Below, in pieces: positions 20,446-30,152 of a stretch of DNA of 64,000 bases. The first letter of the stretch is position 1, and the number at the start of each line of letters is the position of its first letter. The position numbers and the translations under genes are program-made. A model generated the notes under the pieces. The model ran no database searches. It was not told the origin of the DNA and saw nothing but the letters and a program-made list of their open reading frames with translations. Where the stretch lies: IMG/VR virus record IMGVR_UViG_3300023198_000617. One strand, 5' to 3'. The stretch comes from an uncultured virus (IMG/VR IMGVR_UViG_3300023198_000617). Its lineage: Duplodnaviria; Heunggongvirae; Uroviricota; Caudoviricetes; Crassvirales.

Positions 20446-20810
20446 TGGAATTAAAAGTTATAGGTAAGAAGTTACAACCTAAATACTGGTTTAGAAATTG
20501 GTTGTGGAATAAACTATATCTTAAGATTGTTTCCAATTATGCAAAAAAAACATGGAACGATTATCCTATAGTTGCTTATCCTTTGATGATTGATATATCT
20601 TTTGGTACTATGAAATACTATTATTTTAAGTATGGTATTAAAGGTATAGAAAAAAGAATCAAAACATATAACAAAGTGATAGCCAACATGATAGAAAAAA
20701 GAAATCTTGATGATGAAATAAATGTGGATCAATTTTATATTCAACGAACTCTAACTAGTAAGAAGAGTATTGCAAAACAGTTGGATGAAGAATTTTCACA
20801 AATATATTAA
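20445..20810 (+). CDS. hypothetical protein
   Basis: 121 aa, TGATG overlap with the previous gene. Confidence 0.55.
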   Translation: MELKVIGKKLQPKYWFRNWLWNKLYLKIVSNYAKKTWNDYPIVAYPLMIDISFGTMKYYYFKYGIKGIEKRIKTYNKVIANMIEKRNLDDEINVDQFYIQRTLTSKKSIAKQLDEEFSQIY

Positions 20811-20978
20811 TGATTGGATCAATAGCTCCCGATACTGTTGGGGTGCATGGTTGGATTTATCCTTCCTTCAGGGACTATTGATCCTTTCTACACATCCGAT
20901 AACAGTGTGTTCACGATAGACGAGTATACTGCACCGCAGTCCCTTCACAACTTATGGACACATTGTTATTATACATCT

Positions 20979-21191
20979 AGCCAAGTGGTTGAGTTAATGG
21001 TTGAAATACCAAAAGACCACTCCTTACATACGATTATAGTTGGGGATGCCTTCGAGCATCACAGTCCCTATAAAGCACCGTATAAACGACTATAGATACA
21101 GTTAGGCATGGAATTTACGCTGCCTTATGAACCGAGATAGGACTGAATGATGTTAAGTGAAGTTGATTAAACTAACCTTGACTACTTGGCT
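20979..21191 (+). ncRNA. candidate ~210-nt structured ncRNA
   Basis: agccaagtggttgag (20979-20993) pairs with cttgactacttggct (21177-21191), using G-U wobbles on the + strand. Internal gatgc-cttcga-gcatc hairpin; T-rich tail. Confidence 0.5.
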
Positions 21192-21409
21192 TCTTTTATT
21201 AAAACTAAAAACAAACAAGATATGAGATATATGCTTTTAAAAATAATAATATGCCTCATGATATGGACAACAGCTATTAATATGATTGCAGAAGGAAACA
21301 ATGTTACTATTGCAGCAGGTATTATATTCTTTATAGCTATACCATACTCAGGAGTATTGATTTCTCAATTTTATCACTCGAAATAATCTGTGTTTTTGTT
21401 TGAAAGGAG

Positions 21410-21440
21410 ATGCCTGACCTGTAATGGGTTGGGCATTTTT
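21410..21440 (+). terminator. rho-independent terminator
   Basis: atgcctgacc-tgtaatg-ggttgggcat-tttt. Confidence 0.75.
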
Positions 21441-21473
21441 ATTTAAACAATAGAAACACGTAAATCTATACAA

Positions 21474-22109
21474 ATGAAAAACCCTTTTAAACAAAAGCAA
21501 AAAGAAATGGTGAGAAAAACAGACAACAAATTTGCTGGTAAGCGTCAGTATAGTATACGTACTGGATTACCTGAGAAAACTCTAAAGAGGCTCAATGATT
21601 TACATGAGCTATTGCAATGTGATCCTGATTTACAAGGATATGTAGTCACAACGTTCAAAGAAATGAACGAGCTTACCGAAATGGATGTCAACATAATGAC
21701 TCTTATGACTCAGAATGGCATGATTCGGAAAGCTAATACTGGTGGAAGTCCCAAATTCAAGTATAAGTGGGATACCATCAAACCCACTATGGATATGGCT
21801 GTCAAGCTTCTTGATAAGAAATTGGAGAAGAGTAAAATCTCCACTCCTATGTCTGAACCTGAAGGTGTTATATCTGAATCCAAGCCTGAATCTATAATTC
21901 CTGAACAAGAGGAAGAAAAGATTAAGTATGAACCGGGATTACGTATTCCTAAACTCTCAGTAAGTGATAAGCCTATTGATCTCAATAGTATTGTAATTGA
22001 CTCTGTTGTGAGTGTCGATGGTATTATGACCATGCACATTAATCTCAAGAAACTTGGAATCACTGAAGGAACAGTATTAAATGCTGTACTCGCTTTACCT
22101 AAAGATTAG
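21474..22109 (+). CDS. hypothetical protein (possible winged-helix N-terminal domain)
   Basis: 211-aa ORF. Confidence 0.6.
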   Translation: MKNPFKQKQKEMVRKTDNKFAGKRQYSIRTGLPEKTLKRLNDLHELLQCDPDLQGYVVTTFKEMNELTEMDVNIMTLMTQNGMIRKANTGGSPKFKYKWDTIKPTMDMAVKLLDKKLEKSKISTPMSEPEGVISESKPESIIPEQEEEKIKYEPGLRIPKLSVSDKPIDLNSIVIDSVVSVDGIMTMHINLKKLGITEGTVLNAVLALPKD

Positions 22110-22120
22110 GAGGCGAACAG

Positions 22121-22435
22121 ATGGATGGAACCGAAAAAAAGAAGGTCGCTGTGGTTGTGGAATATCACAGCGATCCTACGAAAATGATTGATGATCATGA
22201 TTCTGAAGATATATACTTGACTCAAATTAATGAACGCAGATTTGACAGTATTTTTGAAGCTATACATTTTTTATCAGATTGCAGAAGTCCGATTACTTCG
22301 ATTATAGACTTGATGCCTATAACAAAATCGAAGAATTTGAAGTTTGTTCTTCCTGATAGAAACATTAAGATTAAACACCAAGCAAATAACGCAATGGACT
22401 CTATGTTTGATCTTGATGATGAGGATTGGGGATAG
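22121..22435 (+). CDS. hypothetical protein
   Basis: 104-aa ORF. Confidence 0.55.
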   Translation: MDGTEKKKVAVVVEYHSDPTKMIDDHDSEDIYLTQINERRFDSIFEAIHFLSDCRSPITSIIDLMPITKSKNLKFVLPDRNIKIKHQANNAMDSMFDLDDEDWG

Positions 22436-22555
22436 TATCTATATAGATGCTTATCCTCATATCCGTCATAGGTTAGTAAAACACCTTTAAAATTATGGTT
22501 CCAATGTGAAGAGTTTTTGACAGTTTCACTCACTCCACCAAGTAAACTGTCAAAT

Positions 22556-22629
22556 GGGATGATGGGTAAACTATAAGAGTTATGCCATAGTCTCTTGTAT
22601 CAAGAGTTCGATTCTCTTGCATCCCTCTA
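22556..22629 (+). ncRNA. degenerate tRNA-like element
   Basis: Acceptor-like gggatg/catccc, T-arm caagag-TTCGATT-ctcttg, shrunken D arm, non-canonical anticodon arm. Confidence 0.5.
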
Positions 22630-22746
22630 CATATTTCGACTTTCTTAACATCCATACCTATAAGAGTATTAACTCAATTCGTTGGATTAAAGATAGAGAA
22701 GATTATGTCTTTATTAATTTAAATAGTTTTACTTAATTGATTTACT

Positions 22747-23286
22747 ATGGAATGTTTAGTTGCAAAATGGCAGGAAAAAGATGGTGCTAACACTCTTACC
22801 GCCAAAGGTTTGATTCGTATAAACGACAACAAGCCTGAATTTGGAAGCCTTATGCTCGTAACTCCTAATGTTGTAACAATCAGCAATGGATTTATGAACA
22901 AGAGGAATAGAGTAGGTTTTATCACCGGTAGAGTTGAAGACCTCAAGGAGGTAATCAAGCATTACAAACTCAAGGAAGGAACTGACTACAGTGAGAAATT
23001 CGGACCTCACCACATTGTCACCCTTGAGAAACTGGAATCCGAAGTACCTGATAACCAGGGTTATAGAGTTAAGATCAATCCTCAGACGGAAGATGAACTC
23101 ACAAAGTATGGTGAGGCTATCTACTGGAAAACCGAAGTTGTTCCCGAAGGAAGTGACATAATGAATACCTTCATTAGTCATGATCGGGAAGATGATACCG
23201 GGAAGATTGATGCTGCTACTGAGGAGTTCACTGGTGAAGCTCCTAAGAAAAAGAAGAAGAAGAAAGACAAGCAGAAAACTCAGTAA
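22747..23286 (+). CDS. hypothetical protein (possible nucleic-acid binding; poly-Lys tail)
   Basis: 179 aa, beta-rich, directly upstream of the polymerase, followed by a terminator. Confidence 0.65.
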   Translation: MECLVAKWQEKDGANTLTAKGLIRINDNKPEFGSLMLVTPNVVTISNGFMNKRNRVGFITGRVEDLKEVIKHYKLKEGTDYSEKFGPHHIVTLEKLESEVPDNQGYRVKINPQTEDELTKYGEAIYWKTEVVPEGSDIMNTFISHDREDDTGKIDAATEEFTGEAPKKKKKKKDKQKTQ

Positions 23287-23312
23287 TTCCCGGATTTTGC
23301 ATAAATTTGATT

Positions 23313-23343
23313 AAGAGTATCTCCTTAGGGGGATACTCTTTTT
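23313..23343 (+). terminator. rho-independent terminator
   Basis: aagagtatctcc-ttag-ggggatactctt-ttt. Confidence 0.75.
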
Positions 23344-23358
23344 AACCTCTAAATCTTA

Positions 23359-25278
23359 ATGCTTATGGAACAGAAGGAAAAGAAGGTCTTCATATATGAC
23401 CTTGAACAATTCGAGAACTTTCATTCGGCTACATTCGTAAACAAAGATGACAGGAAGGATCACAGAGTATTTTATATTCATGAGAGTAAGGATCAGAGAC
23501 AAGAATTGTATGATTTTCTACAAAATGAAGTAGCAGGATTAATAGGATTCAACAATGTAAATTATGATTATCCATTATTACATTATTTTATTCATTTAAT
23601 AGATGCTTATGAAAATATCAATCCATTACCAGTAGAGAGATTGCTTCAACAGATGCATCATGAATCACAGAGAATCATTAAAGAAGAGTATTCAGCTATA
23701 CCAGAATGGAAAGTATTAATACCACAACTTGATTTATTCAGAATACATCACTTTGACAATAAAGCTAAAAGAACTTCTCTAAAAGCCGTAGAAATAGCTA
23801 TTCAATACCACAATGTTCAAGACCTGCCATTCGAGTGGGACCATTGGGTAACAAAGGATGAGATCGTAGATATTCTCAACTACAATATGAATGATGTCCA
23901 AGCAACTCTTGAGTTCTACATACTCAGCAAGGACATGGTTGATTTACGCAAAATGCTATCAAAGACATATAATCTGAATTTACGTAACTCAAATGATCCT
24001 AAGATCGGACAAGAGATTTTCGGTAGAGAGATTGCAAGAAAGAAAAATGTACGTTATAACTCAATAAGAGATATGCGAACATACAGACACAGTATTGATC
24101 TTGGCAAATGTCTCCTACCTTATATAGCATTTAGTAACAAAGAATTTCAAGACCTGCATACATTCTTCAAAGAAACTACAATCTATACTACCTACAAACC
24201 ATTCGAGAAGAGTGTAATTTATAAAGGATTCAAGTATGATTATGGTGTTGGAGGTATTCATGGTTGCATTGAGTCAGGAGTATATGAGTCAGATGAGACT
24301 CACATGATTCTTGATATTGATGTAGCAGCATATTACCCAGCTCTTGCTATACGTAACAAGTTTTATCCCCGACATCTCGGACAGACATTTACAGAGGTAT
24401 ACAAGGAGTTATTTGATACAAGGATGGAAGCCAAGAAGACAGGTAATAAACCCGTTAATTCAGGCTTAAAACTCGCTTTAAATGGAGTATATGGTAAGAG
24501 TAATGATAAGTACTCATTATTCTATGATCCTATGTACACCATGAAGGTGACTGTCAACGGTCAACTACTTTTAACTATGTTATCTGAGTGGCTGGTGGAT
24601 GAAATCAAAGGATTAGTTATGATTCAGGTCAACACTGATGGTATTACAGTTAAGATACCTCGGACGGAATATAATAGAGTTATGGCTATTTGTGATGATT
24701 GGGAAATCCGCACAGGTATGATTCTTGAGTATGGAGAGTATAAGAAGATGATAATCAGAGATGTAAACAATTATTTAGCACAAACCGTTGACGGATATGT
24801 TAAACCTAAGGGATGTTTTGAAATCATTCCGATGCAAAATGGAGCAGTAGCATACAATAAGAATTGGAGTATGCGTGTTGTTCCCAAAGCTATTCACGCA
24901 CACTACCTTGAAGGTATACCGATTGCAGATTTTATTCGTAAACACGACAATATTTATGATTTCGGAATTGGATTTAGAGCGAGAAAGGATTGGAACATTG
25001 TCTATACTCATATTGAAGAGAACGTTAAAAAGGAAGACATACAGCAGCGTACAATTAGGTATTATGTTTCCTCCTCAGGTGGTTCACTTACAAAAAACAA
25101 CAAGTATGATCATAGATTGATCTCTCTTGAAGCTGGACGAGCTGTAACTATCTTTAACAGAGCATACCATGTTCCGATGAAACAGTATAATATCAATTAC
25201 AATTATTATATCGCAGAGGCAAATAAAATCAAAAATGCTGTACACGATGGACAACAAAAATTATTTGCAACCCTATAA
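23359..25278 (+). CDS. polB: family B DNA polymerase (crAss-type)
   Basis: Exo I YDLE, Exo II GFNNVNYD, Exo III YNMND; Pol motif A DIDVAAYYP, motif B KLALNGVYG, motif C NTDG. Confidence 0.93.
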   Translation: MLMEQKEKKVFIYDLEQFENFHSATFVNKDDRKDHRVFYIHESKDQRQELYDFLQNEVAGLIGFNNVNYDYPLLHYFIHLIDAYENINPLPVERLLQQMHHESQRIIKEEYSAIPEWKVLIPQLDLFRIHHFDNKAKRTSLKAVEIAIQYHNVQDLPFEWDHWVTKDEIVDILNYNMNDVQATLEFYILSKDMVDLRKMLSKTYNLNLRNSNDPKIGQEIFGREIARKKNVRYNSIRDMRTYRHSIDLGKCLLPYIAFSNKEFQDLHTFFKETTIYTTYKPFEKSVIYKGFKYDYGVGGIHGCIESGVYESDETHMILDIDVAAYYPALAIRNKFYPRHLGQTFTEVYKELFDTRMEAKKTGNKPVNSGLKLALNGVYGKSNDKYSLFYDPMYTMKVTVNGQLLLTMLSEWLVDEIKGLVMIQVNTDGITVKIPRTEYNRVMAICDDWEIRTGMILEYGEYKKMIIRDVNNYLAQTVDGYVKPKGCFEIIPMQNGAVAYNKNWSMRVVPKAIHAHYLEGIPIADFIRKHDNIYDFGIGFRARKDWNIVYTHIEENVKKEDIQQRTIRYYVSSSGGSLTKNNKYDHRLISLEAGRAVTIFNRAYHVPMKQYNINYNYYIAEANKIKNAVHDGQQKLFATL

Positions 25279-25309
25279 TTATTTTTAACCACAACTAAAT
25301 TAGATTATT

Positions 25310-25948
25310 ATGAAAGAGAGTCCGAAATTAATTTCTATTCTAAGTCCTATCTTAATGATACTCATATTATTAGGATCAGTAGGTAATCTTAAAGCAGATG
25401 TTGAAGTCGATGATGTTAGTAACATCAAGGACATTATTGCATTGTATCCGTTTGATACTGATGAATGTGATGATATGAGATATTTCCACGGTAAGATTAC
25501 AAAGGTGAAAGATTGTTTTGTACATTTTAAATCCAATGATGGTGAAAAATTCAGACTACCGGGAAATGCTATTGGAGGATATTATATTCAAGATGCAACA
25601 AATGTTGAATTAGATGCAGCAATGCTTAATGTAATACTTGATCCTAACTATGCTTGTACTCAAGGAACTATGGATGCTCAACAGTATCATAAAAAAGCTC
25701 TTGGGAACTATGCAGGTGGACTCTTACTTGGTGTATTTTGGGTAATAGGAGCAGCAGTTGCAAAACCCACTCCTTATAAGAGTTCTACTACATTAGCAAA
25801 GTCACAAAACGAAGATTTGTTTACTGACGCTATGTATTTAGAGTGTTACAAGAAGAAAGCAAGAGGTACACACGTACTTGCTGCATTAGGTGGATGGGCG
25901 ACATGGATTGCCATTGTTGTACTTGCATCAGCAGCAGGAGAAAGTTAA
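25310..25948 (+). CDS. membrane protein with signal peptide
   Basis: N-terminal signal-like segment and two C-terminal hydrophobic segments. Confidence 0.65.
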   Translation: MKESPKLISILSPILMILILLGSVGNLKADVEVDDVSNIKDIIALYPFDTDECDDMRYFHGKITKVKDCFVHFKSNDGEKFRLPGNAIGGYYIQDATNVELDAAMLNVILDPNYACTQGTMDAQQYHKKALGNYAGGLLLGVFWVIGAAVAKPTPYKSSTTLAKSQNEDLFTDAMYLECYKKKARGTHVLAALGGWATWIAIVVLASAAGES

Positions 25949-26155
25949 TTAATAGAGTCATATAAGGTCACACTCGGTTGCAGTGACCTTATATGCTTCT
26001 TTAAAGGACAATAAGATGATTAAAATAAAAAGGAAATCATATATCCAAAGACTGAGAGATGGTTATGATTGGACATGGTGGATAATTATAGGCATTTTTG
26101 TATGTGTAATTGTAGCAGGAGTTCTTACAAATAAAGGAATACTAAATTTTATACC

Positions 26156-26569
26156 ATGAATCGAAAAGAACAGATTATTGAGGTATTGATAGAAGAAAGG
26201 CAAAAATATTTTGAAAGCGTTTATGCTTGGCGTGAAAGAGTTGCCACCCGCATCATGGAGCAACAGCCAGAGGTGAGTGATGATTACATAGGTGGTGTAT
26301 ATGAAGTATGTGAACTTCACGATGTTTTGATTGGTCAACCACTATTAACAGCACAACAGGGAGTAAGAACATCGGAGTTTTATGCCACTTTTCCAAATGA
26401 TTATGAAGGAGAATATATTTATTTAAAACAATCCCACCACCCCCAGATCAGTGAGGAGAGATATGAGGCAGCAAAATCCACATTGAAGAGTTATTATAAA
26501 GACCCAGCTATATTTAAAGCCTTAAGGATAGCGGCAGGGTTAGAACTAACTAAACCAGAGAAGCTATGA
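26156..26569 (+). CDS. mini-gene cassette 1 (LTKPEK-terminated)
   Basis: Shares a 60-nt identical block and other modules with the next ORF. Confidence 0.6.
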   Translation: MNRKEQIIEVLIEERQKYFESVYAWRERVATRIMEQQPEVSDDYIGGVYEVCELHDVLIGQPLLTAQQGVRTSEFYATFPNDYEGEYIYLKQSHHPQISEERYEAAKSTLKSYYKDPAIFKALRIAAGLELTKPEKL

Positions 26570-26877
26570 ACAAGCAACAGATTATTGAGATATTGAGAGA
26601 AATCACCCCAATCATGCTTACAGCGGAGGAATGGGATGCTTGGCGTGAAAGAGTTGCCACCCGCATCATGGAGCAACAGCCAGAGGTGAGTGATGGAATA
26701 ATGACCACCATAAGACAGTTAGAAGATATTCAATCCCCTCACCCCCAGATCAGTGAGGGGAGGATTAAAGATTTATGGCTGAAATATCGTTATCATTTGG
26801 TACATAGAGATGGTATGGATGAGGCTGGTTTCAAAGCCGCTATCAAAGATCTAACTAAACCAGAGAAGAGCAAATAG
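26566..26877 (+). CDS. mini-gene cassette 2 (LTKPEK-terminated)
   Basis: Paralogous modules shared with 26156-26569 and 27353-27604. Confidence 0.6.
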   Translation: MNKQQIIEILREITPIMLTAEEWDAWRERVATRIMEQQPEVSDGIMTTIRQLEDIQSPHPQISEGRIKDLWLKYRYHLVHRDGMDEAGFKAAIKDLTKPEKSK

Positions 26878-26922
26878 TCGGCACTAAATAGAGAACAGTG
26901 CCAATAATTTAAAACTAGAGAA

Positions 26923-27132
26923 GTGATGACTGATAACCAATTTATTCAACTTGAAAGGCTGCTTGGTAAGCTGGCAGTGCATTTAGATCACACATATTGC
27001 ATTATCCCTAATTATTTAGGTGATGGATGTTATATCGCTATTTATGATGATGCTGGAAATATAAAAAAGCAAGCGACTTATATGGATGTAAAATCAACAG
27101 CAGAAAAGATTTTAACTAAACCAGAGAACTAA
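26923..27132 (+). CDS. mini-gene cassette 3 (LTKPEN-terminated)
   Basis: 69 aa, ends in the shared 16-nt motif. Confidence 0.55.
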   Translation: MMTDNQFIQLERLLGKLAVHLDHTYCIIPNYLGDGCYIAIYDDAGNIKKQATYMDVKSTAEKILTKPEN

Positions 27133-27352
27133 AGTGCATATTATGCACATACCTCACGATAACTCATGCATTATAGAAATAAAAGAGGGTTAATGAATGG
27201 CTTATACGTCACAAATATATACTAAATATCTGACAATACGTAAATACATATAATAACATCAATTATCCTAATATTATATGCAAATACAGGTATTATGACT
27301 ACCCACAACACAATATAATTAAACTCATACAGCAGAATATACTTAAACAGAC

Positions 27353-27604
27353 ATGGACGCAAAGGAATATTTATTCAAGAAGCAGAACATAGAAGGAGAC
27401 CCATCAGATTTTCATATAACAATAACTTTCAAAGATGTTTATGAACTTATGGAATCCTACTACCAAACCAAGAGTAAAGAGATTAGTGAGGATGATATAA
27501 GGCGAGTGTGGTATTTCCATGCTAACGTGGGAAAGGATGGTGAATACTTAACAGAAGAAGGTTTCAAGACCGCTATCAAAGAACTAACTAAACCAGAGAA
27601 ATAA
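27353..27604 (+). CDS. mini-gene cassette 4 (LTKPEK-terminated)
   Basis: 83 aa, ends in the GFK.AIK.LTKPEK module. Confidence 0.6.
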   Translation: MDAKEYLFKKQNIEGDPSDFHITITFKDVYELMESYYQTKSKEISEDDIRRVWYFHANVGKDGEYLTEEGFKTAIKELTKPEK

Positions 27605-27606
27605 AT

Positions 27607-27804
27607 ATGGGACATAACAAGGATTATAAAAAAGAATTAGTTGAAGGACAAACAGTATTATTTCTGAAAAGAAAATGTCCTAAATGTAATAGCAAACTTG
27701 TCGCTTTACCACCTGACAGAGCGTGGTGTGAATCCGTAGAATGTAATTATGGAGAGATGCACGTTATAGGTGATGGAGTATTGGCAGAACAAATGAAGGA
27801 ATAA
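27607..27804 (+). CDS. small zinc-finger protein
   Basis: CPKC...C....C pattern. Confidence 0.5.
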   Translation: MGHNKDYKKELVEGQTVLFLKRKCPKCNSKLVALPPDRAWCESVECNYGEMHVIGDGVLAEQMKE

Positions 27805-27937
27805 ATATGACTGAAAAATCAAATCAAAATAAAATTAAAAAGTTGGAAGATCAATTTTTCCGATTCGCTGGAAATGAACGTAAACAAGCTAATATTTATC
27901 AAAGGATACTTACCATTAAAAACACAGAAACAAGATA

Positions 27938-29263
27938 ATGAGTGATGTATTGAAAGACAAGCTACAGAGCAAGGCTCTGAATGCATTTGTCGAAGCTGGT
28001 AGTAAAGGTACAGTTGTCCTTGAAACTGGTTCCGGAAAGTCGAAAGTTGCAATCGACTTTATAAAACAACTCGACTTTGAGACAGCAGCAACAATTCTAA
28101 TAACTTCTCCACGTACAAACCTCAAAAAGAACTGGCACGATGAACTGGTCAAATGGGGATTTGAAGAATGGAGAGAGGGTTGGTGGACTTACAATGGCAA
28201 ACGTTATATGATTGTCATGGAGAACATTCAAACCTGTTATAAGTGGACAGATAGAAATTACACCGCAATTATTATGGATGAGATTCATACCATGATGACT
28301 CCGGAGTATTCTAAACTGTTGGATAATAACAATACCAGTTTCTTGATGGGTTTAACTGCAACTCATGACATTACTGATGACAATGGTAAACAATACTATT
28401 ATGATAGATATTGTCCTATCATTTATGAGTACTACAATTCCGCAGAGGACGGTCTGATTAATAAAACCAGATTTTTCATTGTGAACCACAATCTCTCTAA
28501 TAATGATAGAATTATCATTACACTCAAAAAGAAAGAGTATGAGAGAGGAGAAAAGGAATATTATGAGTATCTGACTAGTCGTATGAAGAAAGGTCAGGAG
28601 CTTATGATGGCTCAGGGTTCACGAGATTGGTTTAGGGACGCTGCTGATTGGTTTTGGAAAGGACAGGGATCACCTGAACAGAAAGGTGCTGCTGCTGTAT
28701 ATATGAATGCTATTAAAGCTCGAAAGAATTTCTTATTACAACTTCCTTCGACTGCTCGATTAGCAAGACGTATTAGTGGTGGTATCAGGGCTGAGTTTCC
28801 AAAAGCTAAAGTACTTGTATTCTCAGAGCTTACAGCACAAGCTGACAAAATCAGTAGAGAAACTGTCCACTCTCATCACTCTGATAAGGTCAATGCACAA
28901 CGCATTGAAGGATTTAATTCCGACTCAATCAGAGAGTTAGGTAGCTGTAATTCTCTCACGCTTGGGTTAAACTTAGTTGGTGCAACTCATGCAGTAATGG
29001 AGTCTTATATAGGCTCTGCAACCAAATCAAAACAAAAGAAAGGTCGTCTTGACCGTCTTGCTTCTGATGAACACGCTGATATGTGGATCATCAGAGTTCC
29101 TGAAACTCAGAGTGAGAAATGGTTTAAGAGTATGACTAAAAAATTTGATTTGAGTGAAGCGGTTTATTTAAACAGCGATTTTATTTTAAGAGATGATTTC
29201 GATTATAGAAAGTCTGAGATCAAAACAAAAGTCGCTACCTCTCACTTTAGAGTTGATGATTAG
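27938..29263 (+). CDS. superfamily 2 (DEXH) helicase
   Basis: ETGSGKS, MDEIH, GLTAT, Q.KGRLDR motifs. Confidence 0.88.
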   Translation: MSDVLKDKLQSKALNAFVEAGSKGTVVLETGSGKSKVAIDFIKQLDFETAATILITSPRTNLKKNWHDELVKWGFEEWREGWWTYNGKRYMIVMENIQTCYKWTDRNYTAIIMDEIHTMMTPEYSKLLDNNNTSFLMGLTATHDITDDNGKQYYYDRYCPIIYEYYNSAEDGLINKTRFFIVNHNLSNNDRIIITLKKKEYERGEKEYYEYLTSRMKKGQELMMAQGSRDWFRDAADWFWKGQGSPEQKGAAAVYMNAIKARKNFLLQLPSTARLARRISGGIRAEFPKAKVLVFSELTAQADKISRETVHSHHSDKVNAQRIEGFNSDSIRELGSCNSLTLGLNLVGATHAVMESYIGSATKSKQKKGRLDRLASDEHADMWIIRVPETQSEKWFKSMTKKFDLSEAVYLNSDFILRDDFDYRKSEIKTKVATSHFRVDD

Positions 29264-29444
29264 TCTCATTGAGTTGGATTACAGTGAGGAAGAGATTCCT
29301 GATTTGTCCAGCCTTTGCCATGTACTCAATGAGACCTTCCAGACAGGGTTTACTGAAGATGAAATACTCTTTAGTACCCTGTCTTCCTTTGAAGAGGAGG
29401 ATATGCGATTACAGTACAAACATCTAAATATCTTTACAACATGA
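29193..29444 (+). CDS. hypothetical protein
   Basis: Short acidic ORF coupled (ATGA) to the next gene. Confidence 0.5.
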   Translation: MISIIESLRSKQKSLPLTLELMISLIELDYSEEEIPDLSSLCHVLNETFQTGFTEDEILFSTLSSFEEEDMRLQYKHLNIFTT

Positions 29445-30049
29445 TTGATCAGAGGTACTTGGCAATACTTCAGGATTATAAACTTAGCTTTTTAGAGTTT
29501 ATGCTCTTGATATTTGTTTATGAGGAACAGGGTGAATTTCTCAGTGTAGCTCACGATAGTAATTTCATGGATTTCCGTCATTCTATCATACTGTTAGAAG
29601 GTCGTGGACTCGTAAAATGGCATGGTGAGAATCCTGAAGAAATCACTCTACGTAAAGAAGGAGAAGAATTATTTAAAAGGCACGTTGGATTAAAACAGAA
29701 GATCACATCATCAAAGGAAGTAAACCAATGGATGCAGTCATGGAGGGAAATATTCCCCGAAGGCATGAATTCTGCTGGTTATAGATATAGAGGCGATAAA
29801 GCAGAATGTATTATAAAAATGATTAAATTTGTCAATACTCACGACTACACACTCGAACAGATATTTCAAGCAACGAGAGACTACGTAGAAAGATTTTCCC
29901 AAAAAGGTTACGCATATATGCAATTAGCACATTATTTCATTCAGAAAAAAGGTGTAGGCTCTACCCTGAGTGCAGAGTGCGAAGGATTAGCCGAGAACTC
30001 GTCTAACACTAAAGAAGAAGGGAAAGATTATGGCAGATCAGTCATTTAG
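29441..30049 (+). CDS. putative replication initiator/helicase loader (wHTH)
   Basis: N-terminal wHTH-like part plus C-terminal I..AT..YV......YM....YFI motif; directly upstream of DnaB. Confidence 0.5.
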   Translation: MIDQRYLAILQDYKLSFLEFMLLIFVYEEQGEFLSVAHDSNFMDFRHSIILLEGRGLVKWHGENPEEITLRKEGEELFKRHVGLKQKITSSKEVNQWMQSWREIFPEGMNSAGYRYRGDKAECIIKMIKFVNTHDYTLEQIFQATRDYVERFSQKGYAYMQLAHYFIQKKGVGSTLSAECEGLAENSSNTKEEGKDYGRSVI

Positions 30050-30152
30050 AGAAGTCAAAATCTATACTCTGTCTCACCCTATCACAGGTGAGATTCGTTA
30101 TATTGGAAAAAGAACTAAGGCTCGTCTAAAAAATAAATCCAATGGACAATAG
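30030..30152 (+). pseudogene. truncated GIY-YIG homing endonuclease relic
   Basis: 40-codon ORF MADQSFREVKIYTLSHPITGEIRYIGKRTKARLKNKSNGQ*, containing the IY-x-YIG signature. Confidence 0.7.

Larger units (their letters stand above)
26223..27600 (+). repeat. dispersed direct repeats within the mini-gene array
   Basis: 60-nt identical pair at 26223-26282 and 26636-26695. taactaaaccagagaa ends at 26562, 26867, 27128 and 27600. Confidence 0.9.

Noticed and set aside
10785..25278. Introns or inteins in the terminase or DNA polymerase
   Set aside because: Both ORFs are uninterrupted and of ordinary length, and no intein splice motifs or LAGLIDADG blocks were seen
26156..27604. Diversity-generating retroelement or CRISPR array
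   Set aside because: No reverse transcriptase or cas genes in the window. Repeat differences are not adenine-specific, spacing is irregular, and the repeats are in-frame coding modules.
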